From the NCBI GenBank assembly GCA_042563375.1, contig JBHPMF010000007.1, forward strand, positions 218-64,217: a DNA stretch of 64,000 bases, given 5' to 3'. How positions within the stretch are numbered: position 1 is the first letter of the stretch; every line of letters begins with the position of its first letter. Shown piece after piece: positions 10,084-19,427 of the stretch. Under the pieces are notes generated by a model. It was not told the origin of the DNA. It ran no database searches and saw only the letters and a list, made by a program, of their open reading frames with translations. A program made the translations under genes and the position numbers. This stretch comes from Elusimicrobiota bacterium (GTDB taxonomy: Bacteria; Elusimicrobiota; Elusimicrobia; JACQPE01).

Positions 10084-10887
10084 ATGGATAAAAAATTAAA
10101 AGTAATCGTATGTTTTAAAGTAGTACCCAGGCCCGAGGAGGTCAAGGTGAACAAGGAAACCAACACCCTTGACCGCGCTAATGTGCGCAATATAATCAAT
10201 CCTCCTGATATGAACGCACTTGAGCTGGCACTGATGCTTAAAGACAAGCATGACGCGGAAGTGACCCTTGTTTCCATGGGACCCCCGTTTTTTGAAGGTT
10301 ACTTGCGCCTTGCAATGTCAGTGGGAGCTGATAAAGGATATCTCTTGAGTGACCGCGCATTCGGAGGAGCTGACACGCTAGCCACCACCTACACCCTGGC
10401 TGAAGGCATCAAGAAAGCAGGCAACTACGACATCATAATCTGCGGAGAAGAATCATCTGACGGAGCAACAGCTCAAGTGCCTCCGGGGCTCGCTGAGTGG
10501 CTTGATACATCTCAAGTGACTTATGTGACTGACCTTGAATATATCGAGAAAGACCATAAGATCAAGGCAAGGAGAGAAGTAAAAGGCGGACACGAAGACC
10601 TGATCTCCGCTCTGCCTGCAGTGCTTTCCGTTAAGCCCGGAATAAACGAACTTCGTTTCATCAACTTTGACAGAAAAGAATGGTCCATCAAAGACGCGCA
10701 AGTCACAGTATGGAACGCCAAAGATATCGGAGCTGATGAGGCTAAGATCGGCTGGAACGGTTCCCCCACCACAGTGGCAGGGGTCAAGCAATTGGCCACA
10801 TTAGAGCGCAAGCGGGAGAAAATAAAAGGCGACCCGAAGACGATCGCCAAAGAACTCGCGAAAAAACTCAAGCCCAGTTTACAGTAA
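10084..10887 (+). CDS. etfB: Electron transfer flavoprotein beta subunit
   Basis: IVCFKVVP, INPPD.NALE.AL, SMGPP, LSDRAFGGADTLAT, GSPT.V. Confidence 0.93.
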   Translation: MDKKLKVIVCFKVVPRPEEVKVNKETNTLDRANVRNIINPPDMNALELALMLKDKHDAEVTLVSMGPPFFEGYLRLAMSVGADKGYLLSDRAFGGADTLATTYTLAEGIKKAGNYDIIICGEESSDGATAQVPPGLAEWLDTSQVTYVTDLEYIEKDHKIKARREVKGGHEDLISALPAVLSVKPGINELRFINFDRKEWSIKDAQVTVWNAKDIGADEAKIGWNGSPTTVAGVKQLATLERKREKIKGDPKTIAKELAKKLKPSLQ

Positions 10888-10890
10888 TTT

Positions 10891-10928
10891 AAAAACCCGG
10901 GGTCAGCGACTCTGACTCCGGGTTTTTT
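10891..10928 (+). terminator. Rho-independent terminator after etfB
   Basis: AAAAACCCGGGGTCAG-CGACT-CTGACTCCGGGTTTTTT. Confidence 0.8.
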
Positions 10929-10930
10929 AT

Positions 10931-11164
10931 GGTTCATTCGTAAATAAGTTGAAGTTCATGACGGATTCGCCTCTCCCTTGAGGGGAGAGGCCCCGCCGGA
11001 GGCGGGGGTGAGGGTGATAAAGCAGCAACCTTGCTGTTTTTTCGGGAGATTGGATAAGGAAAGACTTTATCACCCTCACCCAACCTCTCCCCTCAAGGGA
11101 GAGGGGCAAGAGGGGGCAAACGAAGAATCCGGGCCAACAGTATCAACTTATTTACGAAAGAACC
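10931..11164. mobile_element. MITE (234 bp) with 22-bp terminal inverted repeats and 8-bp target-site duplication
   Basis: GGTTCATTCGTAAATAAGTTGA ... TCAACTTATTTACGAAAGAACC (1 mismatch); TTTTTTAT on both sides (10923-10930, 11165-11172); internal CCTCTCCCTTGAGGGGAGAGG palindromes. Confidence 0.75.
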
Positions 11165-11205
11165 TTTTTTATTTGCCTCGGAACGCCTGTCTTCTGTTTT
11201 TCCTC

Positions 11206-11275
11206 GTAGCGCGGCAGCTTGCATGCCGCTTCTTTTGGTTACCGTCAAAGAGCGGCATACAAGCTGCCGCGCTAC
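11206..11275. repeat. GTAG-type REP doublet (REPIN)
   Basis: GTAGCGCGGCAGCTTGCATGCCGC...GCGGCATACAAGCTGCCGCGCTAC. Confidence 0.8.
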
Positions 11276-11380
11276 GACAAAGGTAGAGCGAGGGACAAGT
11301 CCCGCGTTTTTTTATGAAGAACTCCATTTTAAAAGGAACACAGGCTGAAGCCTGCGGCTACCGGGGAAAAGCGGTTGGAT

Positions 11381-11495
11381 TGTCATCCCAGCGAAGGCTG
11401 GGATCCATTTCCTTCGTTCAGATATAGATCTTTCCGCTGATAAAAAACCTATATCAAAATAGCGGTATTGGATCCCAGCCTTCGCTGGGATGACA
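11381..11495. repeat. RPE-like palindromic element
   Basis: TGTCATCCCAGCGAAGGCTGGGATCCA ... TGGATCCCAGCCTTCGCTGGGATGACA perfect inverted pair. Confidence 0.8.
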
Positions 11496-11637
11496 GAATA
11501 AAAAAATTCTTTATATTCAGAGAGAAAACGAATCCAGCTGCATTTTTCGGGTTAAATGGCGCCTATTCCCATTTTTCAGAACAGACGCAAGCTAAAGCAT
11601 GCGACTACCGGGAAGGGGTCAGAATGCCTAACGATTC

Positions 11638-13323
11638 TTACAGTTTACAGGCGATGGGCATCCTACGGCCGGAACCAAAAGCCTTCTTGGTTACTTTTAA
11701 GCCCGGAGGAGCTTGCCTCCTCTTAAACTCGCTTGCGTAAACAAGGCGGATTGTCTTGTGGACAGCTTCTTTTGGGAACTTCTTTGCAAGCCACTCCCGA
11801 GATTTACCCTCCACAATGAAAGCCTCTAGGATGTCATCAAGCAGTGAATACGCAGGCAGGGAATCTTCGTCCTTTTGATTCGGGGCAAGCTCAGCTGAAG
11901 GAGCTTTGCGGAACACGTTTCTTGGTATAACAGTTTTAAATTTATTCCTGAAGGCACAGAGGCGGTACACCCACCCCTTGGACAGATCCGAAATAGGAGC
12001 CAGGCCTCCCATAAGATCCCCGTAAAGAGTACAGTATCCGCACGCAAGCTCTGACTTGTTGCCTGCGGCAAGCACTACATGCCCGAGCTTATTAGACACA
12101 GCCATGAGTATAGCTCCGCGTATCCTTGCCTGAATATTTTCTTCCGCGATATTAGGAGCCAAACCCTTGAATATCTCCTCAAAAAGCTTCAGATACGCGT
12201 TGAATATGGGCTCGATCGATATCACCTGGTAATTTATACCCAGGCTCGCTGCCATCTCCTTGGCGTCATCAAGACTTCCTCTTGATGAAAAGCGGCTGGG
12301 AAGCGAAATGCCCAGCACATTGGAAGGCCCCAGCGCGTCACTGGCGATAGCCGCCACAAGAGAAGAATCGATCCCGCCGGAAAGACCAAGAACCACTTTT
12401 GAGAATCCGCATTTGCGGATATAATCCCTTGTTCCTGTTACTAAAGCATGATACGCTTCCCCCTCTCTTGAATCGCACGCGCTTTGAAGCATAAATGAGG
12501 TCGGATACCGCTCTGATACTATCTGCTCTTTTTTGGTGATTTTTACATTTCCCCCGGATGAACGCTCTATATCAATAAAAGTTATGGCTTCTTTAAACGG
12601 AGGACCCTGCATGATAAGCTTGCCATTGGCATCGCAGGCAATGCTCGACCCGTCAAAGATAAGCTCATCATTGCCGCCCACAAGGTTCGAATAGAACACA
12701 GGTGTTTTATATTTCTTGGCGATCAACCCTATCATATTCGCCCTTATCTCCCTTTTCCCGCTCATGTATGGAGATGCTGAGCTATTGAGCAGAATATCAG
12801 CGCCTTTCTTGCCCAGTGCTTCAAGCGGATCAACCTCATAATTCTGTTTTTCCCAGTAATTCTTGTCATTCCATATGTCTTCACAGATACTCAGAGCGAT
12901 CTTGAATCCATTGAAACTCACTGTTGTTATGGAATTACCAGGCTCAAAATAACGGCCTTCATCAAAAACATCGTAAAACGGAAGAAGCATCTTGCGATGA
13001 GTAGCGCGTACTTTCCCCTTATGCAGGAAACTAACACAATTATAAAGCGGCTTGCCGGAACCTTTGTTAGGTTGCGCCCATCCGACCACAAGCGCTGTTT
13101 TTTTGCACCTCTTGGCTAAAGACTGCAATGCCCTGGCTTGTTCCTGGATGATAGAAGTGTCTAAAAGAACATCCTTTAAAGGATAGCCAAGCAAGGAGAG
13201 CTCAGGCAGTAAAACAATATCAGCGCCATTGGCCGAAGCCTTTTCCTGGGCATCATTTATTTTAGCCAGATTGCCGGACACATCTCCAACAGTGAAATTG
13301 AGCTGTACAAGAGCGATCCTCAT
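11638..13323 (-). CDS. nadE: Glutamine-dependent NAD+ synthetase
   Basis: Nitrilase domain (PELSLLGY, K.LLP.YDVFDE.RYF, ICEDIW) plus GLSGGIDSS, ENIQARIRG, NKSE..GY.TLYGD, PSAEL. Confidence 0.95.
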   Translation of the reverse strand: MRIALVQLNFTVGDVSGNLAKINDAQEKASANGADIVLLPELSLLGYPLKDVLLDTSIIQEQARALQSLAKRCKKTALVVGWAQPNKGSGKPLYNCVSFLHKGKVRATHRKMLLPFYDVFDEGRYFEPGNSITTVSFNGFKIALSICEDIWNDKNYWEKQNYEVDPLEALGKKGADILLNSSASPYMSGKREIRANMIGLIAKKYKTPVFYSNLVGGNDELIFDGSSIACDANGKLIMQGPPFKEAITFIDIERSSGGNVKITKKEQIVSERYPTSFMLQSACDSREGEAYHALVTGTRDYIRKCGFSKVVLGLSGGIDSSLVAAIASDALGPSNVLGISLPSRFSSRGSLDDAKEMAASLGINYQVISIEPIFNAYLKLFEEIFKGLAPNIAEENIQARIRGAILMAVSNKLGHVVLAAGNKSELACGYCTLYGDLMGGLAPISDLSKGWVYRLCAFRNKFKTVIPRNVFRKAPSAELAPNQKDEDSLPAYSLLDDILEAFIVEGKSREWLAKKFPKEAVHKTIRLVYASEFKRRQAPPGLKVTKKAFGSGRRMPIACKL

Positions 13324-13404
13324 ATTAAGATAGTAAGCAGCGCGCAGTAAGAAAATAGAGTTTTTTTCTTTTTTATTGTTTGCAATTTATCACTAATCAC
13401 TTTA

Positions 13405-14745
13405 TTATTTTATCGCGGAATTCTTGATTACTCCATAAACAAAACGGATTGTTTTTTCGAACATCGCCTTTGAGACCTTTTCCGCCCTATTACCGTCAGC
13501 CACATAAGGCTCACTGCGCTCTCTTGGCATGCCGATCCCATAGGCTCTTACGCCGACTTTTCTTAAATGAGCAGCATTGGTCGTCCACGGGGACATAAAC
13601 GGCGCTGTCTTTGCCTCCGGATACACATCCTGCGCGGACGCTTCAATCGCCTTGTAAAATACGGACTTCACTGATGACATGCCTGTTTTTGGCGTCAAAG
13701 CGAACATACTCTCATCAAATGAAACCCTGGGATCGCTTATCACGCGCTTCAGCTCCTCCAAAAGATCATTTTCATTGGTTTGCGGCAACGCATTGATATT
13801 AAGGAGGACCCAGGCGCTATCCGCGGCATCTCTTGCCCCTCCGTTGATCTGAGTAGGCACAACAATGTTCCGGACCATTGAATACTCAAGCGTCCCGAAC
13901 TGATAACCAGGATAATTCTTCCCCAATAAGGAAAAGTACTTTGATGTAATGGAATTAAGGCTTGTTGAATAAACATGGGCGTTCAGGCGGCTTATCGCTT
14001 TCGCCAATATAACGATCGGATTTTCCGGATGGGGCGGGTGCGTAAAAACACTTTTTCCGATCGCTTTTATCCTTGTTACAAATGTTAATTTCTCCGCGCA
14101 CTGGACTACAACTTCGGAAACCTCGCCATTATCCACTGCGCTAAAGCCTCCGGGAAGTAATGCGAATTCAGCATCAAGCGCGTCTTTCCTGTTCGCTATA
14201 AGCCACTTGATCCCGAAATTCCCTCCCCCCATGCCGTCAGGCAGCGCCAGAAAAACCACATCTCTTGACAGATCAGGATCTATGCTCTTGATCGCCAAAA
14301 ACACAGCCATATTAGCCGCAAGCAATGCCTTGGAATCCATTGCTCCCAATCCGTAAATAAAACCTTTTTTTTGCTCAGCTCCCCATGGATCGATTTTCCA
14401 ATTCTTGCTCTTGGGACTGGCAGTGTCCAGATGGCTCATTAAAAGCAATGGTTTTCCCGCAGCTTCTTGCGCATCCGGATCTGCTTTGGCTTTTAATCTC
14501 GCTATCACCCCGGAACGCCCCTTGGTAGAAGTGAAAATCTCTGCTTCGATCCCGTTTGCCTTGAAGACCTTCTCAATGTAGACTGCTGCCTCTGCTTCAT
14601 TAGCAGCAGTGTTTTCAGTGTTTATCTTGATAAGCGAGACCAAGTGCCCAAGAGCTGCCTTGTTGATCTTTGTCCATTTGGGCTTCTTTGCCGCTTCAAG
14701 CGGTAAAGCGAGTGACAATATAATTAATACTGAAAATACCCTCAT
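13405..14745 (-). CDS. Secreted M20/M25/M40 metallopeptidase-family protein (catalytic motifs degenerate)
   Basis: Signal peptide MRVFSVLIILSLALPLEA after AGGAGG; SHLDT, IYGLGAMDSK; DEE motif replaced by PDGM. Confidence 0.8.
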   Translation of the reverse strand: MRVFSVLIILSLALPLEAAKKPKWTKINKAALGHLVSLIKINTENTAANEAEAAVYIEKVFKANGIEAEIFTSTKGRSGVIARLKAKADPDAQEAAGKPLLLMSHLDTASPKSKNWKIDPWGAEQKKGFIYGLGAMDSKALLAANMAVFLAIKSIDPDLSRDVVFLALPDGMGGGNFGIKWLIANRKDALDAEFALLPGGFSAVDNGEVSEVVVQCAEKLTFVTRIKAIGKSVFTHPPHPENPIVILAKAISRLNAHVYSTSLNSITSKYFSLLGKNYPGYQFGTLEYSMVRNIVVPTQINGGARDAADSAWVLLNINALPQTNENDLLEELKRVISDPRVSFDESMFALTPKTGMSSVKSVFYKAIEASAQDVYPEAKTAPFMSPWTTNAAHLRKVGVRAYGIGMPRERSEPYVADGNRAEKVSKAMFEKTIRFVYGVIKNSAIK

Positions 14746-14840
14746 AGAACCTCCTGCTAAGCAAAACTTGACATGCATCCCATCTTATTTTATAGAATTA
14801 CTTTTCAGAAATTACTATTATTTAGACATTACTTAACACA

Positions 14841-15767
14841 ATGATCGAAGTCAAGAATCTCACTAAAAACTACGGAACAGTCACGGCTGTAAAAAACGTG
14901 AATCTTTCCATTTCCAAAGGCGAGATAGTGGGTTTTCTGGGCCCCAACGGAGCAGGCAAAAGCACGACCCTTAAAGTCCTTGCCGGATACCTCCCGCAAA
15001 CAAGCGGGGATGTGTCGCTTTTAAACCTTTCTAACAAGGAAAACCCTCTGGAAATCAAAAAAAACATCGGGTATCTCGCTGAAAACAATCCTATTTACGA
15101 AAGCATGGAAGTAAGCGAATATCTATCCTTCGTGTGGGAAGCACGAAGCCTGGGTGATCGCGAAAAGCGCGAAACACGGATAAGGGAAGTGGTAAAAGCA
15201 TGCTCCCTTGAAAACGTAATAGGCAAGGACATAAGCGAGCTTTCAAGAGGATACCGCCAAAGAGTGGGACTTGCCGCAAGCATAATACATGACCCCGCGA
15301 TCCTTCTTTTGGATGAACCCACAAGCGGGCTTGACCCTATCCAAAGCCGGGAAGTGCGCGCGCTCATTAAAAGCATAAAACAGGAAAAAACAATACTCCT
15401 TTCAACGCACATTCTCTCTGAGGTGCAGGCGATATGCGACAGAGTGATCGTCATCCATAAGGGCTCTCTTGTAGCTGACAGAAAAGTGTCTGAGATCGAC
15501 ACTAATAAGAATGAATTCCTGCTTACAGTATCATTTAGAAAAGAGCAGGCCAATGGCATTGACCTAAGATCTATCGAGGGCGTTATGGAAGCAGAGGGAC
15601 CCATTGATTCTGAAACGAATAATGAGATCACTTACAACTTAAAATCATCAAAGGACATACGTTTCGACGTATTCAAAGCAGCTGCGCGCAATAATTGGCC
15701 GTTGGTCGAGCTTAAGGCTGAAAAGCGCTCTTTGGAAGAAGTGTTCCATGATCTCACCAAAGAGTGA
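14841..15767 (+). CDS. ABC transporter ATP-binding protein (GldA-like)
   Basis: GFLGPNGAGKSTT, LSRGYRQRVGLA, LLLDEPTSGLDP, LSTHILSEV. Confidence 0.92.
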   Translation: MIEVKNLTKNYGTVTAVKNVNLSISKGEIVGFLGPNGAGKSTTLKVLAGYLPQTSGDVSLLNLSNKENPLEIKKNIGYLAENNPIYESMEVSEYLSFVWEARSLGDREKRETRIREVVKACSLENVIGKDISELSRGYRQRVGLAASIIHDPAILLLDEPTSGLDPIQSREVRALIKSIKQEKTILLSTHILSEVQAICDRVIVIHKGSLVADRKVSEIDTNKNEFLLTVSFRKEQANGIDLRSIEGVMEAEGPIDSETNNEITYNLKSSKDIRFDVFKAAARNNWPLVELKAEKRSLEEVFHDLTKE

Positions 15768-15803
15768 AACGTGAGACGCAAGACGTGAGAAGTAAAAACA
15801 AAA

Positions 15804-16607
15804 ATGAGCAATATCAAGGATAATAAGATTTCATCATTCAGCGAAGCAGTCCTGTGGTATTTCCCACGGGGCATCATTCATCATTCATCATTATTTACGG
15901 GCATCTGGGTTGTTGCGAAAAAGGATTTTCGCGAGATGATCAATTCCCCCATAGCTTATGTGCTTGGGGTCATATTCATGCTTGTCACAGGATACTTCTT
16001 TGCCCAGCCTTTATTCGTGATGAAGCAGGCTAATATCGCGCCGCTCATGGACATCGTGCCTATGATCCTTGTTTTCCTGGTTCCCGCGGTCACCATGCGG
16101 TCATTCGCTGATGAGCACAAATCAGGCACATTCGAGATACTCGCCACCCTGCCGCTGAATACTTACGAGATAGTGATCGGGAAATATCTGGCATGCGTTG
16201 CTCTTATCAGCTCTGTGTTCATGCTTACGTTCATCTACCCTGTAATGCTCGAGATCCTGGGAGAGCCGGACTGGGGAGCGGTCTTTGGAGCTTATTTCGG
16301 GCACATCTTTCTTATAGCAGCCCTGGCTTCCATCGGCATATTCATATCCAGCCTGACCCGCAATCAGGTAATAGCGTATCTTGGAGCCTGGATGATAGGG
16401 TTCATATTCTTCATGGCAGGCAAAACTCTTATGTTCTTCCCTTATCCCATCTCAGAGATCCTTAATTTCATCGGTTTTGACGCGCACATGGAGAACATCA
16501 GCCGCGGAGTGCTGGATTCAAGGGACCTGATCTACTTTTTAAGCCTGGCTGCGCTCTTCCTATGCCTGCCGCTTATAAAGATCGAGGCGAAGTTGCGCGC
16601 AAAGTAA
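15804..16607 (+). CDS. ABC-2 permease (GldF-like); repeat-derived N-terminus
   Basis: SPIAYV, PAVTMRSFADEHKSGT.E.L.T.P, GKY, SSLT.NQ.IA, RGVLDSRDLIYF. Confidence 0.88.
   Translation: MSNIKDNKISSFSEAVLWYFPRGIIHHSSLFTGIWVVAKKDFREMINSPIAYVLGVIFMLVTGYFFAQPLFVMKQANIAPLMDIVPMILVFLVPAVTMRSFADEHKSGTFEILATLPLNTYEIVIGKYLACVALISSVFMLTFIYPVMLEILGEPDWGAVFGAYFGHIFLIAALASIGIFISSLTRNQVIAYLGAWMIGFIFFMAGKTLMFFPYPISEILNFIGFDAHMENISRGVLDSRDLIYFLSLAALFLCLPLIKIEAKLRAK
15839..15873 (+). mobile_element. CA-flanked GCGAAGC micro-element within TTCATCA heptamer array
   Basis: CA-GCGAAGCAGTCCTGTGGTATTTCCCACGGGG-CA; removing 33 nt restores the TTCATCA period. Confidence 0.6.
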
Positions 16608-16666
16608 TGTTGAATTACACGCGAATAATACACGAATGAACACGCGAATTAACACGAATAAGAAAG

Positions 16667-18277
16667 ATGATCACTAAGCTAAATGGATTGATACAGAGGT
16701 TCTCGAGCTCCTGGATCGGAGCTGTGAGCGCGATCATCATGTTCCTTATAATGGTGAATCTGGCAAGCCAGCAAATATTTATGCGCCTGGATCTGTCCGA
16801 AGGAAACATATATTCCCTGTCCAAAGCCACTAAAAAAATGGTCAGGGAACTCGCAGACCCTGTTATCGTCAAATGCTACTTCAGCAAAGGCCTTGCGCAG
16901 CCCTATTCAAGCCACAAGGATTATCTGCGCGACATTCTAAGAAGCTATAAATCCTACGGCGGGAGTAATTTTGAATATGAATTCGCGCATGATCCCGACC
17001 CGGAAGTTTTCAAGCGCAAAGCCATAAAAGCAGGCGTTGCTCCTGTAAGGCTCACGGTGATAGCTAAGGATAAATACGAGGTCAAGGAAGGATTCATGGG
17101 GCTTGTGGTCCTTTTTGGAGATAAAAAGGAAACCATCCCCCTTATAAGGAACATTGACGGCATAGAATACGATATCACAAGCCGCATCAAGAAAATGACA
17201 ATGGAAACAACGTCTTCCATCGGATCTATAAAAGGAAAAGGCAATGAGGACCTGCCGGATGGGATCAAAGGGAACATACTGGAAAGATATAAGATAGAGG
17301 AAATATATCTTGCTGACAAAACAAGCATCCCGGATGACATGAAAGCGCTTCTGGTGCTGGGTCCCCAGGAAAAATTCAATGACCATGAAAAAGCGCTTAT
17401 CGAACAGCAGGTGCTTAAAGGCATCCCAACAGCTTTTTTTGTGGATACAAAAAAAGTGGATATCGAAAGCGGCATGTTCTCGGTCAGAGACATAGCCCTT
17501 GATCTTAACCCGCTTTTCCTTAAATGGGGCATTAACATCAAGCCCGCAGTAGTTCTGGATGCACAAAGCCAGAATGTATCGATCCAGCAGCAGATGATGG
17601 GGTTTCTTATGAACACGATCGTGAGTTACCCGCTTTTCCCCATAGTAACGAACATGGATGAGGTTAATCCGATCACAAAAGAACTGGACCAGATAGTGTT
17701 TCCATTCGCCGCGCCGATAAGCACGTCACCGGTAAAGGGCATCGAACATACAGTGCTTGTCAGATCAACAAGGCAATCGTGGTCAAAGGACAAGCTCTTT
17801 AACGCTTCCCCTCTTGCAAAACATATGAACCCGTCAAGGAATGACCCGTTAGGACCGTTTTCCATGGCAGTGATCGCACAGGGTAAATTCGATGCTCTGT
17901 ATACAGAACCGCCGCAAGCAAGCACATCAACGGCCTCATCCCTGCCCAGCGACTGGCTCGCCAGGACAAAAAATATCAGCCGCGTGATCGTGTGCTCGAC
18001 CTCAAGATTGATCGACCCCCGTTTGCCGATCTCCCAAAGCAACCAGACTTTCTTCCTTAATGCTCTTGACTGGCTCACCCAGGATGATGCCCTTATAGCC
18101 ATACGTTCAAAAGGAGCGAAACTCAGACCTTTCACATGGGCGCCCGAATACGCCTCCAGACAGGCCATAAAACTCTCCTCGATTCTTCTTATGCCGATCC
18201 TTACGATGCTCGCAGGCGTTGGAAGGTGGCAATATAGGAAGAGATGGAAAAGGAAGATAGTAAAGAAATTTATATGA
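16667..18277 (+). CDS. GldG-family ABC auxiliary component
   Basis: RLDLSEGNIYSLS..T, IEYDITSRI, N..FFLNALDWL..DD.LI.IRSK, C-terminal TM. Confidence 0.88.
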   Translation: MITKLNGLIQRFSSSWIGAVSAIIMFLIMVNLASQQIFMRLDLSEGNIYSLSKATKKMVRELADPVIVKCYFSKGLAQPYSSHKDYLRDILRSYKSYGGSNFEYEFAHDPDPEVFKRKAIKAGVAPVRLTVIAKDKYEVKEGFMGLVVLFGDKKETIPLIRNIDGIEYDITSRIKKMTMETTSSIGSIKGKGNEDLPDGIKGNILERYKIEEIYLADKTSIPDDMKALLVLGPQEKFNDHEKALIEQQVLKGIPTAFFVDTKKVDIESGMFSVRDIALDLNPLFLKWGINIKPAVVLDAQSQNVSIQQQMMGFLMNTIVSYPLFPIVTNMDEVNPITKELDQIVFPFAAPISTSPVKGIEHTVLVRSTRQSWSKDKLFNASPLAKHMNPSRNDPLGPFSMAVIAQGKFDALYTEPPQASTSTASSLPSDWLARTKNISRVIVCSTSRLIDPRLPISQSNQTFFLNALDWLTQDDALIAIRSKGAKLRPFTWAPEYASRQAIKLSSILLMPILTMLAGVGRWQYRKRWKRKIVKKFI

Positions 18278-18280
18278 AAT

Positions 18281-18378
18281 ACAGCAGACAGCACACAGTA
18301 GACAGTAGACAGGGAATATGCAGAATGGATATTCCTTTTTTATCTTTCCTGTATGCTGTATGCTGTCTACCGTCTACT
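18281..18378. repeat. CAG(T/C)AGA heptamer-periodic inverted repeat element
   Basis: Left arm ACAGCAGACAGCACACAGTAGACAGTAGACAGG, right arm CCTGTATGCTGTATGCTGTCTACCGTCTACT. Confidence 0.75.
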
Positions 18379-18385
18379 TCTTTTT

Positions 18386-19333
18386 ATGTCGTCTAAAACT
18401 GTCAAATTCCTTTTTATCGGCGCTCTTGCCCTTTTCACGCTCTTTGCGGCGCTCAAAGCAGGGAAAATCGTGTCAAAAAAATTCGCGAAAAAACCTCTGG
18501 CTCTGGATTCCGCGAAATTCAAAACAGCGCTCAGCTTTGTTACTATCGAGAAACATGGCGCCAAACCCATAAAACTCGCAAAAGAAAATGATGGCTGGGT
18601 TATCAGGGAACCCGAAATATTCGCCTGCGACAAGGATACGATCGAAGGCATTGTAGATGACCTTGCTAATTCAAACATCGAGCATAAAATATCAAGCCGC
18701 AAGGAATCATTCTCAAAATTCGGGCTCACTGACAAGAAGGCCATTAAAGTGACAGCCGATGATGCTCAGAAAAAGCATTTACTGCAGATACTCATAGGGG
18801 ATCAGATAACAGGATCAGCGGATGAGGTTTATATGAGATATCCGGATAAAAGCAGATCCTATATTATAAAGGGGATCAGAAGATTCACGTTCGACCAGGA
18901 AACAAAATACTACAAAGACCGCTTGATCGCAAAGATCGCGAACAATGATGTTTCGCAGATAATAATCTCGCTCCCGGGCAAGCAAGCTGTGAAGATGATC
19001 AAAGATGGCGAAGATTGGAAGATCAAAGACAAAGCAGTTCTAAAAGATAAAGTTCTCTCGATCCTGAGCACTCTTGAGGTTTTTGAGGCGACTGACTTTC
19101 CAGGATCGATCGACCTGGAACCGGGGATCAACGCCTTAGGCCTTGGAGACCGGCCTGAAACAGCCTTGGTATCAGTCACGGCAAAGGGCGCGCAAACAAT
19201 ACTGCGCATAGGAAAAAAGAAACAATCTCTTTACTATGTCAAGCTTGATAACAAGCCCACGGTCTGGCTTGCGGCTCAATGGAAGATCAAGCCTTTACTG
19301 ATAAAAGAGAAAGACCTCCTTCCCAAAGACTAG
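18386..19333 (+). CDS. DUF4340-like periplasmic protein (Gld ABC cluster)
   Basis: N-terminal TM, two repeated units (W.I..P...D, FGL, L.IG, Y.R); position after gldG-like gene; start chosen downstream of repeat. Confidence 0.7.
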   Translation: MSSKTVKFLFIGALALFTLFAALKAGKIVSKKFAKKPLALDSAKFKTALSFVTIEKHGAKPIKLAKENDGWVIREPEIFACDKDTIEGIVDDLANSNIEHKISSRKESFSKFGLTDKKAIKVTADDAQKKHLLQILIGDQITGSADEVYMRYPDKSRSYIIKGIRRFTFDQETKYYKDRLIAKIANNDVSQIIISLPGKQAVKMIKDGEDWKIKDKAVLKDKVLSILSTLEVFEATDFPGSIDLEPGINALGLGDRPETALVSVTAKGAQTILRIGKKKQSLYYVKLDNKPTVWLAAQWKIKPLLIKEKDLLPKD

Positions 19334-19427
19334 TTAATAAGTCGATAAGTTGATAAGATGATAAGGAAACAGTGGAATATTTTTATTTACCGACATCCCA
19401 ACGCGTCAGCGCATCATTTTTCTTGAT

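Noticed and set aside
10927-11740. Short ORFs in the etfB-nadE spacer
   Set aside because: They are read-throughs of MITE, REP and RPE-like palindromes.
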